From Thermococcus sp. JdFR-02 (GTDB taxonomy: Archaea; Methanobacteriota_B; Thermococci; Thermococcales; Thermococcaceae), in NCBI GenBank assembly GCA_002009975.1, contig MTLP01000042.1, forward strand, positions 160,001 through 224,000: 64,000 nucleotides of DNA, in the 5' to 3' direction. Under the pieces are notes generated by a model that saw nothing but the letters and a program-made list of their open reading frames with translations, had not been told where the DNA came from and searched no databases. Positions 1-8,457 of this stretch are shown here, in pieces. The stretch's first letter is position 1. Each line of letters starts with the position of its first letter. A program made the translations under genes and the position numbers.

Positions 1-72
1 TAAGAGCTTCCTCTCAAATTCCCTTCTCTTCCCTCTTTTCACTGCAACTTCTCCATAGCGAACTATTATCAT
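1..72 (-). CDS. thiI: ThiI-like tRNA sulfurtransferase (THUMP) N-terminus, runs off window start
   Basis: Manual translation from ATG at 72: MIIVRYGEVAVKRGKRREFERKLL, matching the ThiI-type IVRYGE..K...R..FE..L start; begins 2 nt after the thiF stop. Confidence 0.7.
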   Translation of the reverse strand, partial: MIIVRYGEVAVKRGKRREFERKLL

Positions 73-74
73 GC

Positions 75-1034
75 TTAACCACCTAAATATCTTGCAAATA
101 AGTTCTTAGCCTCTTTTTCATCCTCCGCTCCTCTAACTATCATTCTACCATTCTTGAAGATTAAAATTTCAGCGTAATCATCTTCAAATTGAATAAACTG
201 AGAAGTTACCAATGACTCTATTCCAGAATTCTTAAGCCTCTCTGCAAGCTCCTTAAAGTCAACTTTAATTTTTTCTGGTGGTGTTATTTGGATTGAGCCA
301 TCACACATTCTCTCTATTTTCATCTGCTTTTCTAAAAACGTGAAGTTATGTTTGACGCAGGCTTCACAGTCCTCTCTTCTTGGAATTTCAACCTTTTCAA
401 ACTCCATTGTTTTTGTATCAAAGAAAATCATTTCACTCTTTATGTCTTCACCAAGCAAAATCTTTGCTGCCAGAGATACTGCTAAAGAAGCCGCTAGGGT
501 TGGGACATAGCTCATTATTCCAACAACGGCACAGGTTGGCATTGGTCTTGACGGCAATCTAGGCATTAAACATCTAAAACAAGCCGTTTTTCCCGGGATT
601 ATTGGCATAACATTTCCATATGTTCCCAAAACTCCAACATAAATCCAAGGCTTGTTGTTTTTAACACAGTAGTCGTTTATTACTTGCCTCGTGTAAATAT
701 TGTCTGTTCCATCCAAAACTAAATCAGCTTCATCCAGAAGTTCTACTGTTGAGGGGTTTAAATCTTCAAAGTAACCTTTAACGCCAAACTTCTCTTTTAA
801 AACTTCAACTTTTGGCTTTTCGACATCATTTTCATCATAGATAGTTCTCGCTAAGTCATTGTAATCAACAAAATCTCTATCTATAACGATTATCTCTCCA
901 ACGCCAAGCTTTTTAAGGAAGTAAACTTCCCAGCTTCCTAAGGCACCAGCTCCAACTACAGCTACTTTAGCGTTTATTAAGCGCTTTTGTCCTTCTAAAC
1001 CTATGATTGGGATATGTCTCGAAAATATTTCCAT
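75..1034 (-). CDS. ThiF/MoeB/UbaA family E1-like adenylyltransferase
   Basis: VVGAGALG nucleotide loop, IDRDFVD..DL.R, DGTDN, CFRC/CEAC Zn pair, PTC catalytic-type Cys. Confidence 0.9.
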   Translation of the reverse strand: MEIFSRHIPIIGLEGQKRLINAKVAVVGAGALGSWEVYFLKKLGVGEIIVIDRDFVDYNDLARTIYDENDVEKPKVEVLKEKFGVKGYFEDLNPSTVELLDEADLVLDGTDNIYTRQVINDYCVKNNKPWIYVGVLGTYGNVMPIIPGKTACFRCLMPRLPSRPMPTCAVVGIMSYVPTLAASLAVSLAAKILLGEDIKSEMIFFDTKTMEFEKVEIPRREDCEACVKHNFTFLEKQMKIERMCDGSIQITPPEKIKVDFKELAERLKNSGIESLVTSQFIQFEDDYAEILIFKNGRMIVRGAEDEKEAKNLFARYLGG

Positions 1035-1209
1035 CTTCTCACCACCAAAGTTACTTTAAGTTTTCTATTTATGAAGTTATCCTCATACCTATCTTGCATG
1101 CTGAGACTCAAAATTTTCTATTTTGTTAAAGTATAAAAGCATCTCTTTTCAACTTGATAAAAATTAGGCTAATAAAAATTACGGACAAATGTCCACCTGG
1201 TGAGCTAAA

Positions 1210-1422
1210 ATGAAAGCTCAGGTATGCGAATACTGTGCTGGAAATCACTTGGAGGAAATAAAGAATGCTCTAGAATTAAAGGGCTACGAAGTTGAGATAA
1301 TCCAATGTATAGGGCTCTGCGCCAAGTACGGATGCGGACGGATTAATGTTAAATTAGAGGAAAGGGAAATTTCAGTAAAGAGCTTTGAGGAATTTATTAA
1401 AGCTTTGGGGGAGACAGGATGA
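1210..1422 (+). CDS. Small Cys-rich protein (DUF1450-like, possible Fe-S/Zn binding)
   Basis: CEYC and CIGLCAKYGC; GGTGA RBS; ATGA overlap with next gene. Confidence 0.65.
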   Translation: MKAQVCEYCAGNHLEEIKNALELKGYEVEIIQCIGLCAKYGCGRINVKLEEREISVKSFEEFIKALGETG

Positions 1423-1751
1423 CTAAAGTTTTAATTATAATCTCAACAGCGGAGATAGAGAAGGCGTTAGTAGGCTTCATGTACGCTACCAATGCATTGA
1501 AATATAAGTGGGTGGAGAATGTTGAAGTAATCCTCTTTGGTCCAATAGAGAAGAAAATTGCACAGGGCGATGGAAGATTAATGATCTGGATAGAAAAGCT
1601 TAAGGAGCTTAATAAAGTGCCTTATGCCTGCAAAAAGATAGCTGAAGATGAAGGATTTGAGAAAGCCTTAATGCCTTATGCAAAGGTCGAATACGTTGGA
1701 AAAATTATCTCAGAGCTTTTAAACGAAGGATATATTCCAATGGTGTTTTGA
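1419..1751 (+). CDS. DsrE/DsrF-like family protein
   Basis: KVLIIIS start, VEVILFGP, YACKKIA conserved Cys, 110 aa. Confidence 0.75.
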   Translation: MTKVLIIISTAEIEKALVGFMYATNALKYKWVENVEVILFGPIEKKIAQGDGRLMIWIEKLKELNKVPYACKKIAEDEGFEKALMPYAKVEYVGKIISELLNEGYIPMVF

Positions 1752-1818
1752 GTTTTTATTTAAAATTTGGAGGAAAGCTTTTTTTATTCTTTTATTCCAT
1801 GCATATTAAGGGATAAAG

Positions 1819-2385
1819 ATGAAGCGCATATTAGCCATAGTTTTCTTAATTGTCTTTATTTCGTCTATTGTTGTTGCTGATGAGGAGTATGGAGAAGAGG
1901 ATGAAGCGGGGTATGCAGGCTTAGCTGAATTCGGATTTGTTTTAATAACGATAGGTATTGTGCTATACTCTTTGGTGAAAAGAACACCATTCATTGCCTT
2001 TAAAAAAGAGAAAGAGATAAGCATACATCTAAGTGCAACAATGCCTTTTGTCAAGATTGCATTCCCTCTTTCCCTCTTGGATATTCATCATGTATTTACG
2101 ATAATAGGTTCCCTATTAACAGTTCCACACTTTCTCTCATGCAACGATTACAGCACTCCTTTTGGTCTAACTGGACTTCTTTTGGGGATAGTCCTTCTAG
2201 GAGAGAACATAAGCGGCTTTTATGGTAGGTATCTGCACGGAAAAATAGAAAGATTGAGAAGACAAATAGAGCATCCTTTATTAAAAGAACTTCTAAAAAA
2301 GTTTAGAGCATGGAGAACTTTTCACATTGCATGGACTATTCTGCTGTACCTTCTTTTAGCACTCCACGTTGCCTTTGCAGACTAA
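1819..2385 (+). CDS. Membrane protein with two His pairs (ferric-reductase/cytochrome b-like TM domain)
   Basis: Signal-like N-terminus, acidic DEEYGEEDE, TM helices bearing HH-x12-H and H-x13-H. Confidence 0.55.
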   Translation: MKRILAIVFLIVFISSIVVADEEYGEEDEAGYAGLAEFGFVLITIGIVLYSLVKRTPFIAFKKEKEISIHLSATMPFVKIAFPLSLLDIHHVFTIIGSLLTVPHFLSCNDYSTPFGLTGLLLGIVLLGENISGFYGRYLHGKIERLRRQIEHPLLKELLKKFRAWRTFHIAWTILLYLLLALHVAFAD

Positions 2386-3202
2386 TTTTTGGTTCTTTTT
2401 TATAGGCTTTAAGCACTAAATAGAGCCCGAAGATTAAATATCCAAGTTGGAGTATAACTCTTCCCCATTCCATTTTTGTTGAATAACCAAACAGCACAGC
2501 AAATATCGAACCTATTGCTCCTTTATGGGACCAAATACTCTCCTTTGGAATTCCCAAATCATAGGCAGTTTGAGCAAACCAGCCCAAGCTAACTCCTTCT
2601 TCCTCTGCAAATTCGATTAGCTCATGTGTCCCATAACCCAAAAGTCCAGCGGCAACAAAGATTAGCAATATTGAGCTGTAGTAAAAGAATGTTCTGAGGT
2701 TAATTTTCATTCCAATGCCATAGATAGCGTAAGCTAACACTAGCGCTCCAGCTGAACCAAGAATTAATCCCAAGAAAGTTCCACTCAAATCTTGAGTTGC
2801 AAAAGGTGTCAAGAATAGAACAGTCTCTAAACCTTCTCTAAAGACCACTATGAATGTAAACACTATTAAAGCCCAGGGATTTATTGCTTGGGAGACTTTT
2901 CTCTCTATCTCAGCTTTTAGATTCTTTCCCTTTGTTGCCATCCAGTAGATCATGCTCGTTAGAACTATTACAGCTAAGTAAGAGGCGATTCCTTCAAAGA
3001 GTTCTTTCTCTCTTAAACCTCCATAAATCGTTAATATTGCTCCGCCCAAAGCTATGCTGGCAAACGCTGACAAACCAACCCCAATCCAAACATCCCTAAC
3101 TTGTTTCTCTCTTCCAGTTCTTTTTAAGTAAGCAATTATTATAGCAACGATTATGGCAGCTTCGAGAACTTCTCTAAATGTAATCAGAAATTGCCCCAAC
3201 AT
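2336..3202 (-). CDS. ftr1: FTR1 family iron permease
   Basis: Two RExxE motifs (FREVLEA, FREGLET), multiple TM helices, GGAGG RBS. Confidence 0.92.
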   Translation of the reverse strand: MLGQFLITFREVLEAAIIVAIIIAYLKRTGREKQVRDVWIGVGLSAFASIALGGAILTIYGGLREKELFEGIASYLAVIVLTSMIYWMATKGKNLKAEIERKVSQAINPWALIVFTFIVVFREGLETVLFLTPFATQDLSGTFLGLILGSAGALVLAYAIYGIGMKINLRTFFYYSSILLIFVAAGLLGYGTHELIEFAEEEGVSLGWFAQTAYDLGIPKESIWSHKGAIGSIFAVLFGYSTKMEWGRVILQLGYLIFGLYLVLKAYKKEPKISLQRQRGVLKEGTAE

Positions 3203-3220
3203 TTTAGCACCTCCAACATT

Positions 3221-3238
3221 TGTTAGGCAAATCTAATA
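3221..3238. promoter_or_regulatory. Candidate DtxR-type iron box upstream of ftr1
   Basis: TGTTAGGCAAATCTAATA imperfect palindrome (TTAG-N6-CTAA) between ftr1 TATA-like element (~3252-3257, minus) and RBS. Confidence 0.45.
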
Positions 3239-3346
3239 AAATTTTAGTGCCTTATAGATTTTATCTTTATCAAAAAACAAAAGTGTGAGCATCAAATATT
3301 ACAAAATGTACAGTACAAACATGTAGCAAATTAACAATTAGAAAAA

Positions 3347-4456
3347 TCAAAGGAAAGCTGAACTGTCAAAAGGAGTCACGTTCTCAAGCTTTTTACCTAC
3401 TATAAACGTGTCTTCTTTTTTCACAGCCCCTTCTGGAATCATAAGGGGTGCATGAACCATTGCCAATGCCATTCCCTCTTGAATTTTCATCGCTCTATGA
3501 GGAACCACTATCGTAGTTATCGGATCTTCTTCGATTAAAAGCCCAACTCCATGAGCATACCCCGTTATATAGTACTCTTGGAGGTTCTTTCCATTATAAA
3601 TCTTGGCTATTTCCCTTTCCACTTGAGCAAAAATAACTCCGGGCAAAGTTTTTTCTAAGACTGTTTGGTAAGCCTCTTCCATAGCCTCAATTGCATCTTT
3701 TGCCCTTTTATTTGGCTTTCCGATGAAAAAGCTCCTCGTTAGATTTGCGTAATAATAGTTGTGGTCAGCGCCTATCACAACCGTTACAAATTTTCCCTTT
3801 TCAACTTTAACATCCTTAAAAGGCTCAGCATGTGCTCTGGGGGTAGCTGAAACATAAACCTTAGGCTCTTCACTTCCATTAAGCATCAACTCCCTATAAA
3901 CTTCAGCTGCTATTTCAAGCTCGCTCTTTCCGGGTTTTATGTTCTCTATAGCGACTTCCATTCCCCTAATTGCTATTTTTCCCGCTTTCCTTATATTATC
4001 CAGCTCCCACTCATCCTTTATCATTCTAAGCTGCATTGATAGAGGTCTTATATCTACTACTTCTACACCTGGATTTAGTCTTTTAAAAATCTCCAGGAAA
4101 AGGATGTATGCATCTCGTTCAATGGAGTACTCCATGCCGATGGTGTTGTAGCCATTTCTTCTAATCCACATGGTTACACTTGCCATTAAATCTTCAGTTT
4201 TTTGAAATTCCTCGACATTTTTAATCCAGCTTTTCTTCATAAACAATTCTCTCTCGCCCTTTGCTACTATAACAGTTGGCTCACCTTCGGCTGGAATTAA
4301 TAAGGCAGGTCTAAGCCATTTAACACCAGTAAAATAAATATAGGTGGAGAGGGTTCTTATAACGGCTCCATCTATATTGTTTGCCTTTAAAAGTTCTTGA
4401 AATCTTTTAACTCTTTTCCTAAATATTTTTTCCATGAACTTCACCATAGTTATCAT
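3347..4456 (-). CDS. M24/creatinase-fold (Xaa-Pro peptidase-like) protein with degenerate metal ligands
   Basis: Creatinase_N-like N-domain, LRMIKDEWELDNIRKA, GYAHGVG, KEDT. Confidence 0.8.
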   Translation of the reverse strand: MITMVKFMEKIFRKRVKRFQELLKANNIDGAVIRTLSTYIYFTGVKWLRPALLIPAEGEPTVIVAKGERELFMKKSWIKNVEEFQKTEDLMASVTMWIRRNGYNTIGMEYSIERDAYILFLEIFKRLNPGVEVVDIRPLSMQLRMIKDEWELDNIRKAGKIAIRGMEVAIENIKPGKSELEIAAEVYRELMLNGSEEPKVYVSATPRAHAEPFKDVKVEKGKFVTVVIGADHNYYYANLTRSFFIGKPNKRAKDAIEAMEEAYQTVLEKTLPGVIFAQVEREIAKIYNGKNLQEYYITGYAHGVGLLIEEDPITTIVVPHRAMKIQEGMALAMVHAPLMIPEGAVKKEDTFIVGKKLENVTPFDSSAFL

Positions 4457-4794
4457 TCAAGTATCTTACCTTTAATTTTTTGTTTTGGTGTTTTGACAAC
4501 CAAAAATCGCATTGTTATGTTTCCGCTGTTTATAACTTTGTGAGGGATATCTTTTGGCAAATAAACAAGCTCATCTTTTTTAACTTCCTCTTTCTCCTCC
4601 CCAACTTCAACTATACCTTTTCCTTTGAGCACATAGACAAAAGCATCTACTGGAGTAACATGTCTTTTGAGTTCTTCTCCGGGCTTTAAAGTCACATGCA
4701 TGACTTGAACATGCTCACTTTCAAATAATTTCTTGACTTCAACTCCATGAGGGGTTTCAACTTTTTGAGCTTCTTCTATCTTTACAAGTATCAT
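4453..4794 (-). CDS. Cupin domain protein
   Basis: LKPGEELKRHVTP...VLKGKG and PKDIPHKVIN cupin motifs. Confidence 0.88.
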   Translation of the reverse strand: MILVKIEEAQKVETPHGVEVKKLFESEHVQVMHVTLKPGEELKRHVTPVDAFVYVLKGKGIVEVGEEKEEVKKDELVYLPKDIPHKVINSGNITMRFLVVKTPKQKIKGKILE

Positions 4795-4806
4795 AAAACC
4801 ACCTCC

Positions 4807-6135
4807 TCACTTCCAATCCAAGAGCCTCTTTTCTCCTTCAAGTTTCCTAATTTCAGTTACATCCTGGGTAACTTCAAGAGTTCCCAAATAATTTCCATCC
4901 TCATCTCTAACAGGGAAGTACCTTATATGGACAAATCTTCCATTCATCTGAATCCAGAATTCAGCGACATCTCTTCTTCCTTCCTTGAATTCCTTCAAGA
5001 TTTTGTTAACTATGTGAACGCTCTTTGGTGGATGACAAAGCTGGACAGGTCTTCCAATTACTGAATGGGTTCTGGTGAATATTCTATCCCCTCCAGAGAA
5101 GAATCTAACTCTATCATCTTTGTCAATAAAGGTGATGTCCACGGGCAGGGTCTTGAATATTGCGTTTATCTCTTTTGGGGATAAATAACCAACATCAAGT
5201 TCTAAGTCGCCCTCTTTTTTGGCCTTTTGTCTATCAGCTTCAAGTGTTTGTCCTTTCAAAGCCATTTGTACTTCCTTAGGTAGGCTTAAAAGCTGCTCAG
5301 CAGTTAAAGTTGGATCTATCTCATAGGGGTGTAAAGGCTTTGATTTTGGCTTCCATTCATTTCCAGGCTTAACTTTGTAGTAGCCTATCTCATCTTCTTG
5401 TTCCCTAATAGCAACCCATTCGCCTTCTGAAAGCAGGGCTTCCAATGTTGGGTAAAAGATGTTGTTCTCCCTAAAGACCATGTCTATCAGGGCTATTGAA
5501 AGCTCTTGGGCTAACTCCTTAACTTTTCTGGTAAACTCCTCCCATTCCATTTCTTTCTCTTTATAAAGGAGCTGATTTAGCTGTCTGATCTTAAACCTAA
5601 TCTCATCGTGCTTGGTCCATAAAACGGTTGGCACTGCTGTAATTCCTCTCCTCTCGATGTAGGGAAATAGCAGCATCTCCTCTCTATTGTAGTGTGTTCT
5701 TCCAATTAGAGCCAGTTCTTTAGCTAATTGCCTTAGATATTCGAGAATTTCCTTTTTCATTTTTTCATCCTTTGTGTTCGCCAGAGTATTTGCATAAAGG
5801 TTAAGCATTTCTGCATCCTTAGTTATCTGATCATTTTCCATATAGAGCGTATGAAGGGGATGACCTTTTGGAATACCCTTAATATCCAAAGCCCCGCTAA
5901 CGGATTCCCTGAAAAGCTCAACGTGAATATCACACATCTTTGCTATTTCCTTAGCAGAAATGCCTTCCTTTACGAGCTCCTGCTCAATTAAAGGGATTTC
6001 TAATGGAGAGATACTCCTAAGCAAGGCTTTAAACTGTTCTTTAAGCTCATTAACATCTTTTCCCTCATGGATTTGCTTTAAAAGATTCTTTAACTGTTCT
6101 TTTTTGTATTCTCTATTTTTTAAAAGTTCGGTCAT
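4807..6135 (-). CDS. DUF438 / hemerythrin-like / PAS_10 domain protein (start revised to MTELLK at 6135)
   Basis: MCDIHVELF, GHPLHTL..EN, HYNREE.LLFP, LWTKHDEI, RENNIFYP, C-terminal PAS (CHPPKS); GGTGA RBS at 6141-6145 precedes ATG 6135. Confidence 0.85.
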   Translation of the reverse strand: MTELLKNREYKKEQLKNLLKQIHEGKDVNELKEQFKALLRSISPLEIPLIEQELVKEGISAKEIAKMCDIHVELFRESVSGALDIKGIPKGHPLHTLYMENDQITKDAEMLNLYANTLANTKDEKMKKEILEYLRQLAKELALIGRTHYNREEMLLFPYIERRGITAVPTVLWTKHDEIRFKIRQLNQLLYKEKEMEWEEFTRKVKELAQELSIALIDMVFRENNIFYPTLEALLSEGEWVAIREQEDEIGYYKVKPGNEWKPKSKPLHPYEIDPTLTAEQLLSLPKEVQMALKGQTLEADRQKAKKEGDLELDVGYLSPKEINAIFKTLPVDITFIDKDDRVRFFSGGDRIFTRTHSVIGRPVQLCHPPKSVHIVNKILKEFKEGRRDVAEFWIQMNGRFVHIRYFPVRDEDGNYLGTLEVTQDVTEIRKLEGEKRLLDWK

Positions 6136-6156
6136 TTTTATCACCCTGTTTCTGTC

Positions 6157-6172
6157 TATGACATATGTCATA
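6157..6172. promoter_or_regulatory. Operator 1, perfect palindrome TATGACATATGTCATA
   Basis: Read directly; between minus-strand TTTAAA box (6182-6187) and DUF438 RBS. Confidence 0.8.
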
Positions 6173-6219
6173 TTTTGCATTTTTAAACTTTTCTACCCAA
6201 ATTTGTCCAGTAAAATTTA

Positions 6220-6235
6220 TATGACACGTGTCATA
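6220..6235. promoter_or_regulatory. Operator 2, perfect palindrome TATGACACGTGTCATA
   Basis: Read directly; overlaps TTTATAT box (6216-6222) of the 6255 gene. Confidence 0.8.
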
Positions 6236-6254
6236 AAAACTAATAGGTGAAAAA

Positions 6255-6752
6255 ATGAATATAAAAGTAGTGTTAGATTTGAGAGATTTAAGTCCTCAAG
6301 AAGCAACAGTCAGAATAGCTGAAGCAATTGAAGATTTGAAAAAAGGAGAGGTCATTGAAGCTATATGTTCAAAACCTTTTGAAAATCTGCTTTCAAAGTT
6401 AGAAGAGGCTGGATATAAGTATGAGGTTAGAAAGGTAAAAGAGTTCTATGTGCTTAGAATTTGCCATACTGCAAATGTGAAAGGAAGAATCAGAGTTGAG
6501 GAACATCAGGAAAAAGGAGAACTTGAGATAAATGAAAACACCAATGTCGGAAAACTTATAGAGAGATATCCAAAAGCGGTAGATATTCTTGCAAAATATG
6601 GTTTCACCCCCCTCAAAAACCCAATCCTCAGAAAAACTTTAGCAAAAACGATAACATTGGGACAAGCAAAGCGTATTGGACATCTTTCTGATGAAAGATT
6701 TCAAGAACTTTTAAAAGAATTAAAAGAGCTTAAAGATGAGAAAAACAGTTAA
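6255..6752 (+). CDS. TusA-like N-domain fused to DUF1858 domain
   Basis: VLDLRDLSP start; INENTNVGKLIERYP.AVDIL..YGF..L.NP.LR C-domain. Confidence 0.7.
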   Translation: MNIKVVLDLRDLSPQEATVRIAEAIEDLKKGEVIEAICSKPFENLLSKLEEAGYKYEVRKVKEFYVLRICHTANVKGRIRVEEHQEKGELEINENTNVGKLIERYPKAVDILAKYGFTPLKNPILRKTLAKTITLGQAKRIGHLSDERFQELLKELKELKDEKNS

Positions 6753-8077
6753 TCAAGCTCTTCAGCAAATTTTGGACTCTCTTCAACTTCAATTCCTTTA
6801 TTTAGCATTTCTCTTAAGTCTTTCTCTGGTTCTGTTGTTAGTTTTAAGTCAAACTCCTTTTTAAGAATGTCAAAGATTCCTGGTGTCAGAAACTCTGGGG
6901 GTCTTGGACCAATATAAATTCCCTTGACTCCCAAATAGAGCAAAGTGTAAAGTATTCCAATTGCTTTTTGCTCCATCCATGAAAGGACTATTGAAACTGG
7001 TAGTGAATTTACATCAGTTCCAAATTCCTGAGCTAAAGCTAAGGCTATCTGTACGATTGAATAGACATTATTACACTGACCGAAGTCAAGGAATCTTGGA
7101 ATGCCTTCTATTGTTCCATAATCCCTTGCATTATACCTGAACTTTCCACATGCAGCACTTAATATTATAGCGTCCTCTGGGATAAGTGATGTTAGCTTCT
7201 CATAGTAGCTCATCTTTGGATCAGGTGTATCACATCCACCGATAACAAATATGTGTCTAATCTTGCCCTCTTGGATTAATTCAATAAGCTTATCCTTCAT
7301 GGCTAATATGTTTGTGTGATGGAATCCTGTGAGAAGTTTTCCTCCCTCTTTTCTCTCCATTTTTGGTGTTTTCAAAGCCCTCTTTATTAATGGTTCAAAG
7401 TTGTAATCCTCTATATGTGGAACTCCTTCAAGACCCGCTATGCCAACGGTAAAGATTCTATCTGCATAGGCTCTTGTTGGTTGCTGTACACAGTTGCTTG
7501 TGCCCAAAATAACTCCTGGGAACTCCATAAATTCCTTCTTCTGGTGTAACCAACTTCCACCCCAATTTGCCACAAGATGATCGAACTTCTTAAATTCAGG
7601 ATATGCATGGGCAGGAAACATCTCTGCATGGGTGTAAATTTTTATGTTAGTTCCTTCTGTTTGCTTTAAAAGCTCATAGAGAGCTTTGTAACTGTGTCCC
7701 GTTACCAAAACACCATATCCTTTTTCTGTTCCTGTCGAAACCCAAGTGGGCTCCGGTCTTCCAAACGTTTCTACATATGCCCTATCCAGAAGTTTCATGG
7801 CTTCAAGATGAATTCTACCATTTTCAAGTATTAATTCCAAGAATCTATTCTTATTGAAGTTAACGTTAGTTAATGTCGAATACAGAGCTTCAGCCAAAAA
7901 ATGCCCGATTTCCTCATTATCATAACCAACTTCCAAAGCATGGTAATAATAAGCGGCTGTTCCTTTAATTCCATACAACAAAGCTTCTTGAAGAGCATTT
8001 AAATCAGGATCTTTTCCACATACTCCTTGAATCTTACATCCTCCAACCAAACTCATAGAGCATTGATTACATAGCAT
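6749..8077 (-). CDS. hcp: Hybrid cluster protein (hydroxylamine/NO reductase), short form
   Basis: CNQC..C..GVCGK cubane motif, VTGH, YTHAEMFPAHAYP, SNC, GGCD, ACGKFRYN, DFGQCN, SWMEQKA. Confidence 0.95.
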   Translation of the reverse strand: MLCNQCSMSLVGGCKIQGVCGKDPDLNALQEALLYGIKGTAAYYYHALEVGYDNEEIGHFLAEALYSTLTNVNFNKNRFLELILENGRIHLEAMKLLDRAYVETFGRPEPTWVSTGTEKGYGVLVTGHSYKALYELLKQTEGTNIKIYTHAEMFPAHAYPEFKKFDHLVANWGGSWLHQKKEFMEFPGVILGTSNCVQQPTRAYADRIFTVGIAGLEGVPHIEDYNFEPLIKRALKTPKMERKEGGKLLTGFHHTNILAMKDKLIELIQEGKIRHIFVIGGCDTPDPKMSYYEKLTSLIPEDAIILSAACGKFRYNARDYGTIEGIPRFLDFGQCNNVYSIVQIALALAQEFGTDVNSLPVSIVLSWMEQKAIGILYTLLYLGVKGIYIGPRPPEFLTPGIFDILKKEFDLKLTTEPEKDLREMLNKGIEVEESPKFAEELD

Positions 8078-8095
8078 CTTTTACACCTCCTTATT

Positions 8096-8111
8096 TATGA
8101 CGCGTGTCATA
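8096..8111. promoter_or_regulatory. Operator 3, TATGACGCGTGTCATA
   Basis: Read directly; between hcp TATA (minus TTTTATAC, 8139-8146) and GGAGG RBS. Confidence 0.8.
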
Positions 8112-8286
8112 TGTGCGATATTATTTATTGCTCATTTAGTATAAAAGCATTTCCATTGTTTAACCTAAAAACAAAATTTTGCATTATAAATTAGGAGAAA
8201 ACGTAATAGTTATATTAATATTTTATCACCATGTGTTACATATTTTCGCAAAAATCCAATTATGAAAAATTTTTCATTAATTTTTC

Positions 8287-8302
8287 TATGACAAGCGTCA
8301 TA
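8287..8302. promoter_or_regulatory. Operator 4, TATGACAAGCGTCATA
   Basis: Read directly; perfect 6-bp arms in the middle of the hcp-regulator intergenic region. Confidence 0.75.
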
Positions 8303-8431
8303 ACAAGAAAAAGAGGCGAGCATACCTTTAGTTATTACAAAAAACAATTTGCAAAAAAGTAACAAAGGGATACAATCGTCAAACTTATGTCCATACCAAT
8401 AAACTCATATGAGAGTGTCGAAACCCTTATA

Positions 8432-8447
8432 TATACCACATGTCATA
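8432..8447. promoter_or_regulatory. Operator 5 (degenerate), TATACCACATGTCATA
   Basis: Perfect right arm, 4/6 left arm; overlaps the TTATATA box of the HTH gene, ending 10 nt before its ATG. Confidence 0.6.
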
Positions 8448-8457
8448 AAAATACTCC

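Noticed and set aside
6136-6180. N-terminal extension MQNMTYVIDRNRVIK of the DUF438 ORF
   Set aside because: Spans the operator and promoter; the RBS supports ATG 6135.
8231-8362. 43-aa plus-strand ORF in the hcp/regulator gap
   Set aside because: No RBS, AT-rich, runs through an operator, no recognisable motif.
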